From positions 57,071-121,070 of the forward strand of contig JAUVLU010000001.1 of assembly GCA_030600585.1 (NCBI GenBank): a stretch of 64,000 bases of DNA. The letters run 5' to 3'. Made by a program: the position numbers and the translations under genes. The stretch comes from Candidatus Cloacimonadota bacterium. Its GTDB lineage: Bacteria; Cloacimonadota; Cloacimonadia; Cloacimonadales; TCS61. Below, piece by piece: positions 10,025 through 19,527 of this stretch. The notes below the pieces were generated by a model, which was not told the DNA's origin, did not search any database, and saw nothing but the letters and a program-made list of their open reading frames with translations. Within the stretch, counting starts at the first letter, position 1; each line of letters starts with the position of its first letter.

Positions 10025-11017
10025 ATGAAAAAGAGGGTTTTATTATTTGTAAGCATTTCTTGCTTGTTCAATATAGCACTATTTTCCGTGCCATATACTA
10101 CTTTAGGAAATATCAACATACCGGATGCGTATGTATTACCACACAAAATGGTAGATATTTCCTATACTAACTATTTTGTTAATGATGGGAGGGTACCTGT
10201 TCATGGAATGATCGAAGACTATAACGAGTATGACTATGCAGGTTCGATCAGGTTCGGTCTCTTCGATCGTGGTGAACTTGGCATAGTCTATACCAGCACT
10301 GCTGGTGTTTTTGGTAATTTTAAGGTTCGTGTAATAAGTGAAACTGAGACATTACCGGCGATATCTTTTGGTCTGATAAATCTATTCTCAAGTGTCAGTG
10401 ACTATGAAAAAGAAGAATTAGGTTCATTAGGATATGAATTCACAGATCCTCAGGATTACATCAGCAATTCACCATTTCTGGTGATCAGTAAATCTTTGGT
10501 TATCATAACAGGAATTCCTGCTATGGATTATCTGGAAACTTCGTTCCATTTTGGTATGGGACAGAGAAGATTTCAGGGTAAGGGAGAAACTGTTAAGAGT
10601 TTTGCAGGTGTTTTCTGGGGTATGGATATTAAACCTTCACGCTATTGGGGTTTTGATCTCGAATGGGATAGCCAGAATATTAATGCCGGTTTAAACGGAT
10701 TTTATAAGAACTTTACCCTCAGAGCCGGAATGTACGAAGTTGAAGATTTTCTTGGTATCAAAGGAGATGAAGGTAGTAAAAAGTATGCTATTAATATAAA
10801 ATATACACTCGATAAATTTTCTGAATTGAAAGCTGCTGAAAAAAGAAAGAAAACAATAGGCATACAACAAAGAGCAATGCAAAAAGTATCACCAGCGGGT
10901 GAAGAAACCTATGATGAAGATTCTAACCCATTACGTGATGAACTTGAGCAGATCAGACAGAGAAGGAAGCAGGCAGAAAAAGAACTGGAAGAGATCAGAA
11001 AACTATTACAAGAATAG
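10025..11017 (+). CDS. Exported probable outer-membrane beta-barrel (YjbH-like) with C-terminal coiled coil
   Basis: Signal peptide, GNINIPDAYVL, amphipathic strands, LPAISFG, coiled tail ELEQIRQRRKQAEKELEEIRKLLQE. Confidence 0.55.
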   Translation: MKKRVLLFVSISCLFNIALFSVPYTTLGNINIPDAYVLPHKMVDISYTNYFVNDGRVPVHGMIEDYNEYDYAGSIRFGLFDRGELGIVYTSTAGVFGNFKVRVISETETLPAISFGLINLFSSVSDYEKEELGSLGYEFTDPQDYISNSPFLVISKSLVIITGIPAMDYLETSFHFGMGQRRFQGKGETVKSFAGVFWGMDIKPSRYWGFDLEWDSQNINAGLNGFYKNFTLRAGMYEVEDFLGIKGDEGSKKYAINIKYTLDKFSELKAAEKRKKTIGIQQRAMQKVSPAGEETYDEDSNPLRDELEQIRQRRKQAEKELEEIRKLLQE

Positions 11018-11028
11018 ATTCAGGGAAA

Positions 11029-13050
11029 ATGAAATATATATATATTGTCTTTATACTGCTGGTTTTGGGGTCATTGTTAGTTGCTCAGGGTGATACCACA
11101 TCCATTCTAAAACCTACAGAAAAAGAGGAATCTCTTATTGAACAATTGAAATCAGAAAAGAGAGAATTATCTATCTTGGAAGAAGAGATATCTTATTATT
11201 ACAATCTTCTGCAACAGAGATCTGCCGTAAGAGAGTTATACAAGAGAGGAAAAATTTCCAATTTGAAGAATGTTTTCTCTAAAACCGCAAAAATAATTGA
11301 CCGAATGTTCGAAGATAAATTGATTAAAAAGGTATCACTTAAAATAGGTGAACAAAAAGTAATTTATGGAGATATAGTTGAATTACAAGACCAACTTCTA
11401 TATTATCGTGCAAAGCTGGCATTTATAAAAGGTGACAATAAAAAAGCACAGGAATTGTTAGAGGAAATAGTTGTGAACTACCCCCGTTCTTCAATTATGA
11501 ATTTTACTATTCTGATTTTGGAAGAGATCTATTTTATTGTCGGATTTGATCAGAAGCTAATAAATATTTTTGACCAATATACTGCCGAAAAATCTTTGCA
11601 GCAAAATTTCTGGCTTGCTCAGGCTTATTACAATACAGGTAAGTACACAGAAGCAGAAACTTATTTCAATATTCTTAAGAAAGATAAAGAATATGCCTTC
11701 AGATCAAATGCAATGCTTGCTCTTATCTCATATTTTACAGAAGACTTGGAAAATTCGATCGGGAAATTTTCTGCATTAGAGAATAAATACAACAAAAAAA
11801 CAAATTATTATGAATATATATTGATCTGTTTAGCTAGATTGCACTTAGTAAATAATGATTTCGAAAAAGCACTAGCATATTACGACAAATATTATGAACA
11901 CACTCACAATGTTATTTCAGATGAAATAATATATGAAATAGCAATGCAGAACTACAATAGAAAAGAATATAAAAGAGCTATCGAATATTTCAGTATAATA
12001 ATTGATAGACCTATAAAAAGCCAGTATTTTGCTTCTGCAAAATTCTTTGTAGCTGTCTCTGAACAAGGTCGTGGTAACTATGATCAGGCTGAAAACACTC
12101 TTACCGAAATGATCACTCGTAATAATATTCTCATGGAAACTATGAACACCAAATACAACCTTCTGGAAAAATATAGTAAATTGAGAAGAAAACTTACACA
12201 AAAAGATATTTCTGATGGAGAGTGGAATAAATTAAAAACACAATCTAATAGTATTGAAAATGCACTTGTTAAAACTAATAATACATTAGGAGAATTATAT
12301 ACCGGGCTTGACATCAGGTCACTTCAAATGTTGCAAATTTTGGAAGAGGAGTATTTATCTTATAGTAGTACTATCGCGGATATGGATGCTGTAATTTTAT
12401 TGGCACAATCATTACCGAATACAAGAATTCCAGCCATTCTCGATCGTGAGATCGCCTCTTCAGATTCATCGATCGTAACTCTGCAGGTATTGAGCTATCT
12501 CGGGCACAGACCCAGATTTTCCAGCAAAGACTTTAATTTTGCAAAAGCTCTAGCTTCTGAGAAGATATATCAGGAGAATTTACTCAAAACCTGGGAAGAA
12601 ATTGAACAAATCGCTATCCAGAATGATCATGAAGAGATGTTGCCATCAATTCAAAATTCCCAAAAGAATATACATGAAAATCTTGAATCAATTGATGTTA
12701 TAGCTCAATATATGTTCAAGGGAAAACCATCTGATGATTTTCAGGATCTGATAAAAGACGAAGCATTTGCTATTGATAAAAATAAAAAGGAACTTCTGGA
12801 GTTGAAGAAAGATGTGATCAACAATTTCAATAAATTAATAGCTCAAAGATTAAGTAATGAAAAAGAGGTTCTGATTACAGAATTTAAAGAACTGCAATTC
12901 ATATACGATAACACATTAGCTGAATTAATTGGTGAAATAACCTTGGCAAATGAACAATATCAGTTTAGTTTACTCAGTATCCTGTTTAAACAGACTCAGA
13001 TAATGGATGATGAGTACAAAGAATTTCAGGAAAAAGTAAGAAATGAATAA
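11029..13050 (+). CDS. Exported TPR/coiled-coil protein (GltC-like position)
   Basis: Signal peptide; TPR motifs FWLAQAYYNTGKYTEAETYF, YEIAMQNYNRKEYKRAIEYF; long helical C-terminus. Confidence 0.75.
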   Translation: MKYIYIVFILLVLGSLLVAQGDTTSILKPTEKEESLIEQLKSEKRELSILEEEISYYYNLLQQRSAVRELYKRGKISNLKNVFSKTAKIIDRMFEDKLIKKVSLKIGEQKVIYGDIVELQDQLLYYRAKLAFIKGDNKKAQELLEEIVVNYPRSSIMNFTILILEEIYFIVGFDQKLINIFDQYTAEKSLQQNFWLAQAYYNTGKYTEAETYFNILKKDKEYAFRSNAMLALISYFTEDLENSIGKFSALENKYNKKTNYYEYILICLARLHLVNNDFEKALAYYDKYYEHTHNVISDEIIYEIAMQNYNRKEYKRAIEYFSIIIDRPIKSQYFASAKFFVAVSEQGRGNYDQAENTLTEMITRNNILMETMNTKYNLLEKYSKLRRKLTQKDISDGEWNKLKTQSNSIENALVKTNNTLGELYTGLDIRSLQMLQILEEEYLSYSSTIADMDAVILLAQSLPNTRIPAILDREIASSDSSIVTLQVLSYLGHRPRFSSKDFNFAKALASEKIYQENLLKTWEEIEQIAIQNDHEEMLPSIQNSQKNIHENLESIDVIAQYMFKGKPSDDFQDLIKDEAFAIDKNKKELLELKKDVINNFNKLIAQRLSNEKEVLITEFKELQFIYDNTLAELIGEITLANEQYQFSLLSILFKQTQIMDDEYKEFQEKVRNE

Positions 13051-16000
13051 TAATTATAGGCTTTTCATATTCTTCTTGGTTGTTATCTTCAGTATTTCTA
13101 CAATTAAAGCTCAAACTAATTTAGCGGCTTCATCAAGTATAAATAATAAACTGAAAGAAAAATATGAAAAAAAGGTCAACTATAAAAAGGAAGTGTATGA
13201 TCGTACTCTCAGGTTTGTTAATGATAATCTTGATTCTCCAGGAATAGCCACCTTATATTTTAACTTAGCCGAGATGAGTACTGAAATTAATATTACTGAC
13301 CCGGTGATCACAACTGAATTTTATCAGAAAGTATTGGTAGCTGATAATAATTTTCTTCATAAGGATGTTGTGTTATATAACATCGGTTTTTTTGGGTTTA
13401 AATCAGAAATTGATAAACGTAACCAAGCTAGACAAAATAATATAAAACTGGTTATGAACTGGCCGGACTCTTTGCGTTTAACTGAAAAAAATCTCGAATA
13501 TGTTATCAATTCTTATAAAGAATTAACGGAAACGTCTCCGGAATCAATATATTATACAGAAGCTTTCTATAGACTTGGTATAATTTACTTTGAATTGGCA
13601 TTGGATGCACGCACTCCTCAAAAGTATTTTCAAAAATCAGTAGAATATTTCGATAAGGTAACTTTACAAGAAAATGATAAACTGCAAAATTATGGTCTTT
13701 TCCAACGTGCTTGGACGAATTTTACCATGGGTGATTTTACTCGTGCAATAGAAGATTTTACCGCAATTCTGGAAATAATTAATACAGATTCCCTAAAGAT
13801 CGAAACAACATTTTTCAAAGCTGATGCGATTGAAAATATTGCATTCAGTCTTATTGAATATGATGGAACCGATTTTGTGCAATACTCAAAAGCAGCCGGT
13901 AAGGCAAAAGAAATATTCCATACGTTTATTTCCGACACTTATGCTAAAGAGATATTATTGAAATCAATTACTTTGAAGCACAGATATAATGCTCCCATGC
14001 AAGCTGCAGATCTCTACAATGCTTACATTACTTTATATCCCAGCAGTATAGAATGCCCTCTCATTGTAGATTCCATAGTTACTATTTACAAAAATAATCC
14101 AAACCGGACAAGAAAAGGTGTTGCGGCTGAGGAACTTATTGTTAATCAATATAAACGCCTAACAATGGAATTTAGAGCTGATTCGGTATGGTATCAAACC
14201 AACAAGGAAAAAGAAATCTCAGATCAACTTAATATCATAATGGCTGCCTATGAATTTCTGGAACCTAAATATTACAATGTTTTCGCAACATCAAAATCCG
14301 AAGAAGATTATATTAAATATAAAGAGTTGATAAATAATTACATAAAATTTGCTGAATTTGATACTGAAGAGTACACAAATAAAATCAATAAAAGTGTAGT
14401 GGATTTCAGTCAGGAGCTGGCGGAAAATTCACAGGATCCGAGATTATATTTTGAGACCATTGATAACATTAGCGATTTTATTAAGAATAATCCGGACTTT
14501 CCAAAAATCTTTAATTATCAAGAAACAAGGTTCTATAATTATGAAAGGATTTATACAATTTTAGATACTACAATCGAACAACATGTTTATATCGATACAA
14601 CAAGAAATCTTAATTTAGACCGCATGGGACTCGATTCCTTATTTATTACTGCAATAAACCAATACCAGGATTTTCTGGTAAATTATGATAGTAAGGGAAA
14701 TCAAGCTGAAAAAGAACTGATCAGGATCATTTATCAGCGTTCAGAATTACATTATAATAATGAAGATTATGACAAAGCCTTTATTGATTTTGAACAGTGT
14801 CTTCAATATCAAGTAGAAAATGATCTTAAAAAGATTATCTATTCTCGTTTGGCTGAGATAAGCCAAAATAGAAATAATTATAACGATGCTGAACGGTTCT
14901 ATCGCGAAGCTGCAAAATATGCTACTGCTGACGAAAAGGAAAACTTTAACAATAATATCCTTGCGACAATGCAGGCTAAAGCTACCACATTTGCCGATTC
15001 TGCAGACTTTACCACTGCAGCTCAAGAATATTTAAGATTGGCAAAGGAACTTGAAAAAATAGATCCAGATAAAAGTATTGGTTTTATGGTTAATGCTATC
15101 GAGAGCTATCAGAAAGCAGGACAGAATCAAACAGCAATCGATCTCTATCTGGATATTGCTTCCAGGAAAGAAAGCAAGAATGATGTTCTCGCTGCTTATA
15201 TCAGTGCTTGGACTATCACAGATTCCTTAAAAGACTGGAATCAGAGTGAAAGTCTGCGCAAACAGTTTATAAATAAATACAAAGATTCAAATGAAGCATA
15301 CAAATTAAGACTTCAAATCATTGGATTTTATGATGGAGAGCAGTTCAACGATAAAGAAAAAGCTGCACAAATGTATTTGCAACTTCACGATGATGCCGAC
15401 AAATTGGATATTGGAGAAGACAGCAAAGAGAGTATCTTCCTTAATGCATATAAGGTCTATGTTGAACTGGAAAATGAAAACAAACTTGTTGAATTAAGCC
15501 TGTTGTTCGATAAACTCTATCCGAGACATTCTAAAGCCAATGATTTTCTGATTAATGTCGCTAAGATCTATAACGATAGAGGTGAAGACAAAAAATTTGA
15601 AGAATTAGCTGCTTATCTCTATAAAAAAGATCCAACTATTGACCTGCTTGTAAAAGTTGCTGCTGATAAACTAAAAAAAGTTAATGCAGAAGTTGATGGC
15701 TTCTTTGTAGCTGAGCAGTATGAACTAATGTACAAGAAGATCAGAGAATTCGAAAACTTAGATAAACACTATTTGGCAGAAGGGCTTAACCTTCCTACGG
15801 ATGCAATTTATGATAACTTTGAGTATTACAATAATTATGCAACATTCAGAGAAAAATTCCATGCTGGAATTGATGTAGTACACCATGGTTTCCTCTCGAA
15901 AACTCCCGATGAACTAATCAGGATAAATGAACTTACCGAGTGGAAAAAACATCTGGTTGAAGGTAAAAGAAGAATTCCCAAACTAATGGAAATGGCAGAT

Positions 16001-17410
16001 GAAGAAACAGCGAAAATAATAGTACTGATTCAGGAAGGTAATCAATACGATCTTAAAACTGTGGATCGAACTGAGGCACTTTATATAGCAGCACAAACCT
16101 ATGATTACAGTGCAGAAGTCGTGCTTATACAAATTCAGAAATATCTTGATACTTCAGATCAGTTAAATAATGATCAGATGAAAGCCAATCCTGTTCAGCA
16201 ACAGCAGTACAAAAATACTATTATGAACAATGGAAATCAGCTCAGACTGGACTTCCTGAAAAAGGCTGTACAATTATATAAAACTGTTTTGAAAACTTTC
16301 TCTACAGGAAAAGATTATTCTGATGAATGGGTTGAGAAAACATATGAACGTTTGGTTGAACTTGGAATTGAAAAGCCTAAAATCCATGAATATTTCTATA
16401 CAAATTATGGTTGGAAAATTAATAAAAATCCTATTACTGATCTTTCTTCAGCCAAATATGATTATGGAGCATGGGAAAACGTAAACATTATAAATGAACA
16501 GGTAGTTTTTGGTTCTGCTTATGTGATAACACTCACAGATACATTTGTTACATATATAAAGAAAGATCTTGAAGCTGAGATCAAACCGGAATTACTCTAT
16601 ATTTCATATGCATTTAATCAACCATTAGAAGTGTATATAAATAATATTCTGGTCGAAAAAGAAGCAGAAATGAAAGAAGAACTTGTTCATGTTGGTGATG
16701 AATTATTACCTCAATATAATTTGTTCACTTCTATGCATCTCATTAATGGTAATAACAGTATTATCTTTAAAATGCCATCGGATGTTACTAAAGAGAAAAC
16801 TTCAATTTTTGCTGCAGAACTTTCTCTGCAATTTGATAAAGAGGAAATTGAATATCATAGAACTACAGAACAATTTACACTTGTCTCAGATTTTACATGG
16901 ATGACCAGAAAAGAGGGTTCTGAAGAAATAGAAATAAATGTTTCTCCTGATACATTGAATTATTCAGAAACCGCAGAAGATTCAACTGTAACCAGTACAA
17001 AGGGAGGATGGATTTCAGCTAATGGATCCAACTTCAAATTCTTTAAAGCACAAATGTACGGAATGGAAAACAGTGAAGCTGTTGGTATTTGGTATCCTGT
17101 AATAGACTCAAACAATGTTGAAACAGTGATTTTTAACAAGAATTTTGAAATATCAGGAAATGTTACCGATGCAACCCTGAAATGTATTGGTCAAAATACA
17201 ATAACGATCTGGATCAATAATCAATTGATAGTTGAGGATAAAGGTCTCATTATTGATGATCGGTTGAAAAAAGTTCAGCCATTTGAGTATGCTGTTGAAC
17301 AATTAGTGCCTGGAATGAATATCATTGAAATAGAAGTAAATGGTGGTAAGGAATACAAGGGTCTTATTTTTGAAATGAATTACCGGGCAAAAAAGAAGTT
17401 GACAGAGTAA
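13043..17410 (+). CDS. Very large exported TPR protein (GltD/AgmU-like) with C-terminal beta-sandwich domains
   Basis: Signal peptide, many TPRs (AFYRLGIIYF, LFQRAWTNFTMGDFTRAIEDF); C-terminal SDFTW...GIWYP...ITIWINNQ...GMNIIEIEV. Confidence 0.75.
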   Translation: MNNNYRLFIFFLVVIFSISTIKAQTNLAASSSINNKLKEKYEKKVNYKKEVYDRTLRFVNDNLDSPGIATLYFNLAEMSTEINITDPVITTEFYQKVLVADNNFLHKDVVLYNIGFFGFKSEIDKRNQARQNNIKLVMNWPDSLRLTEKNLEYVINSYKELTETSPESIYYTEAFYRLGIIYFELALDARTPQKYFQKSVEYFDKVTLQENDKLQNYGLFQRAWTNFTMGDFTRAIEDFTAILEIINTDSLKIETTFFKADAIENIAFSLIEYDGTDFVQYSKAAGKAKEIFHTFISDTYAKEILLKSITLKHRYNAPMQAADLYNAYITLYPSSIECPLIVDSIVTIYKNNPNRTRKGVAAEELIVNQYKRLTMEFRADSVWYQTNKEKEISDQLNIIMAAYEFLEPKYYNVFATSKSEEDYIKYKELINNYIKFAEFDTEEYTNKINKSVVDFSQELAENSQDPRLYFETIDNISDFIKNNPDFPKIFNYQETRFYNYERIYTILDTTIEQHVYIDTTRNLNLDRMGLDSLFITAINQYQDFLVNYDSKGNQAEKELIRIIYQRSELHYNNEDYDKAFIDFEQCLQYQVENDLKKIIYSRLAEISQNRNNYNDAERFYREAAKYATADEKENFNNNILATMQAKATTFADSADFTTAAQEYLRLAKELEKIDPDKSIGFMVNAIESYQKAGQNQTAIDLYLDIASRKESKNDVLAAYISAWTITDSLKDWNQSESLRKQFINKYKDSNEAYKLRLQIIGFYDGEQFNDKEKAAQMYLQLHDDADKLDIGEDSKESIFLNAYKVYVELENENKLVELSLLFDKLYPRHSKANDFLINVAKIYNDRGEDKKFEELAAYLYKKDPTIDLLVKVAADKLKKVNAEVDGFFVAEQYELMYKKIREFENLDKHYLAEGLNLPTDAIYDNFEYYNNYATFREKFHAGIDVVHHGFLSKTPDELIRINELTEWKKHLVEGKRRIPKLMEMADEETAKIIVLIQEGNQYDLKTVDRTEALYIAAQTYDYSAEVVLIQIQKYLDTSDQLNNDQMKANPVQQQQYKNTIMNNGNQLRLDFLKKAVQLYKTVLKTFSTGKDYSDEWVEKTYERLVELGIEKPKIHEYFYTNYGWKINKNPITDLSSAKYDYGAWENVNIINEQVVFGSAYVITLTDTFVTYIKKDLEAEIKPELLYISYAFNQPLEVYINNILVEKEAEMKEELVHVGDELLPQYNLFTSMHLINGNNSIIFKMPSDVTKEKTSIFAAELSLQFDKEEIEYHRTTEQFTLVSDFTWMTRKEGSEEIEINVSPDTLNYSETAEDSTVTSTKGGWISANGSNFKFFKAQMYGMENSEAVGIWYPVIDSNNVETVIFNKNFEISGNVTDATLKCIGQNTITIWINNQLIVEDKGLIIDDRLKKVQPFEYAVEQLVPGMNIIEIEVNGGKEYKGLIFEMNYRAKKKLTE

Positions 17411-17466
17411 CTAAAATGATATTTCATTTATTAAGGATAGAGATCAATTTAATATAAGGGAGAAAG

Positions 17467-17718
17467 ATGAAGAAATTTATTGTACTATTATTAATTCTTT
17501 TACTCATTTCCGTTTCACTATTTGGTCAAACATCTATGAAATCAGAGAAGTTCAACAAGGTCAAAACAGTAAAAAGTGAATTAGATGAAGAGACAAAAGT
17601 TGAGATCAGGAAACCGGATAATACTTCCATTATGCCACGTAAGAATACAGATCTGGAAACCGATATGAAATTAAATGTTATTGATAAATTCAAAAAATCA
17701 AATAAGTTATTATATTAA
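17467..17718 (+). CDS. Small exported protein resembling GltF/CglF
   Basis: Signal peptide, then E..K.EIRKPD..IMPRK......NVIDKFKKS; good RBS; lies between the TPR and motor genes. Confidence 0.6.
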   Translation: MKKFIVLLLILLLISVSLFGQTSMKSEKFNKVKTVKSELDEETKVEIRKPDNTSIMPRKNTDLETDMKLNVIDKFKKSNKLLY

Positions 17719-17732
17719 GGGGAGGTAGGAGA

Positions 17733-18461
17733 ATGAAAAATAATGTGTTAAAGGCTTTTTTGTTTGTCGTTTTGCTTTTTAGTGTAAGCAGTCTTTCGGC
17801 TGCTGTAAATGTTGTAGAGATGTTTATTGATGGTGGTTATTTTATGTACATCATCTCATTTTTGCTGGTCATTATGATAATCCTTGCGATCATCAAATAC
17901 TGGCAGCTTTCAATAAAAGAGAAATTGAACACACAGCAATTTTATCTCAAATTAAAAGGTTATATCAAAAATAACCAGATAGAAGAAGCAATTCGTATTT
18001 GTGCTCAATTCAAGAAGACTACACTCGGATTTATTTTCTGGAATGGTCTTTTAGGCTATAATGACGGTATTAAGTCCGGTAAGAAAGGGATGGAACTGAA
18101 ACAGCATTTACAAAACTCTTTTGATGAAGCCGGTCTGCAGGCAATCCCTAATATCGAAGGTGGGCTTTTCTGGTTCGATATTATTGCTCAAATTTCAACT
18201 CTTATAGGACTTCTTGGAACTATCTTCGGTTTGGTTGCTGCTTTTGATTCACTTGCCAACGCTCCCGAAGCTGATAAAAGTAGACTTCTTACAGAAGGTA
18301 TCTCTATGGCTATGGGAACTACGGCATATGGACTTATTGTTGCAATTCCAACGATGATTATCAAAGGAGCTCTTCAATCCCGAGCAGATAGAATTATCAA
18401 TGATATTGATGAATTCAGTGTAAAAACTATTAACCAAATTACTTATTCAATGAAGGATTAG
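17733..18461 (+). CDS. MotA/TolQ/ExbB proton channel (AglR-like)
   Basis: STLIGLLGTIFGLVAAF, GISMAMGTTAYGLIVAIP. Confidence 0.93.
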   Translation: MKNNVLKAFLFVVLLFSVSSLSAAVNVVEMFIDGGYFMYIISFLLVIMIILAIIKYWQLSIKEKLNTQQFYLKLKGYIKNNQIEEAIRICAQFKKTTLGFIFWNGLLGYNDGIKSGKKGMELKQHLQNSFDEAGLQAIPNIEGGLFWFDIIAQISTLIGLLGTIFGLVAAFDSLANAPEADKSRLLTEGISMAMGTTAYGLIVAIPTMIIKGALQSRADRIINDIDEFSVKTINQITYSMKD

Positions 18462-18465
18462 TCCT

Positions 18466-18975
18466 ATGGCTTACGGTCCATCCAAAAACAGATCACGTTC
18501 TCAAAATGAAGTTAGAGAACCGAATCTGATTCCAATAATGAATCTGTTTATAGTTATTATTCCAATGTTAATGACTATAATGGTAACAGTTCATCTGGCA
18601 ATGATTGAGATCACTCTCCCTACCGAATCTGCTGCTGGTGGTGGTGGTGGTGATGATGCACAAGAACAATTGGAGGATCTACCTAAAGTAATTACACTTG
18701 CCCTCTTACCCGACAGGTTTGAAATCATGGTAGAGGGTATTGATGACATCATCTCGATTCCTCAATTATCTACCGGTACATACGATTATTTTACTCTGGA
18801 TGAGAATATTGCCCGCTTAAAAGAAAATAACGAAAATCAGGGAACAATCGACCTCCTTCCCGATCCAACAGTAAAATTTGATACGTTGCTCAGATCGATT
18901 GATATCTGTAAAAGCAATAATTTTCCTAATATTAAATATCTGACATCATTAACAAAGTATTATAAAGCTAAATAG
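18466..18975 (+). CDS. ExbD/TolR family protein (AglQ/S-like), channel Asp replaced by Asn
   Basis: EPNLIPIMNLFIVIIPMLM TM motif, periplasmic PDPTVKFDTL...F.NI. Confidence 0.88.
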   Translation: MAYGPSKNRSRSQNEVREPNLIPIMNLFIVIIPMLMTIMVTVHLAMIEITLPTESAAGGGGGDDAQEQLEDLPKVITLALLPDRFEIMVEGIDDIISIPQLSTGTYDYFTLDENIARLKENNENQGTIDLLPDPTVKFDTLLRSIDICKSNNFPNIKYLTSLTKYYKAK

Positions 18976-18984
18976 GAGCAAATT

Positions 18985-19518
18985 ATGAATACACTATCAG
19001 TTAAGGTTAACCGATCTGGCGGAGGTAAATTCCAACACAGAAAAAGAGGTAATAAAACTAAAGACCTTAACATTACTTCATTGATCGATATCCTAACGAT
19101 CTTGCTTGTTTTTATGATAAAAAATATTTCAATGGATTCTACTCAGAAAAACGCTCCGGAAGGAATGATCCTGCCAACTACAGTTACAATAAATGATCTA
19201 ATGGAAAGTGGGAAGGCAGTGTACCTCAAAATATATCCCGACAGAATACTATATGGTACAGAGAGCATTGAGGTTGGTTCCCTTCAAGATTTCTTGAATA
19301 AATCTGAAATCAGAAATTCTCTTCTCAGGCTATTGCAAATGGAAGCAAAAGCAATTACTTCCGTTAACAGTAAGCCATGTTTGCTGATTCAGGCGGACAA
19401 GGAATTACCCTGTAGGTATATTACGGAGTTTATAAAATTTAGTGCCCAAGCTTCGTTTGCGAACATATATTTCTCTGCAATTCACACAGAGAATAAAAAT
19501 GAAGTTCTGGGATTATAA
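18985..19518 (+). CDS. ExbD/TolR family protein (AglQ/S-like), conserved Asp
   Basis: DLNITSLIDILTILLVFMI, IQADKELP. Confidence 0.9.
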   Translation: MNTLSVKVNRSGGGKFQHRKRGNKTKDLNITSLIDILTILLVFMIKNISMDSTQKNAPEGMILPTTVTINDLMESGKAVYLKIYPDRILYGTESIEVGSLQDFLNKSEIRNSLLRLLQMEAKAITSVNSKPCLLIQADKELPCRYITEFIKFSAQASFANIYFSAIHTENKNEVLGL

Positions 19519-19527
19519 GGGGTGTCT

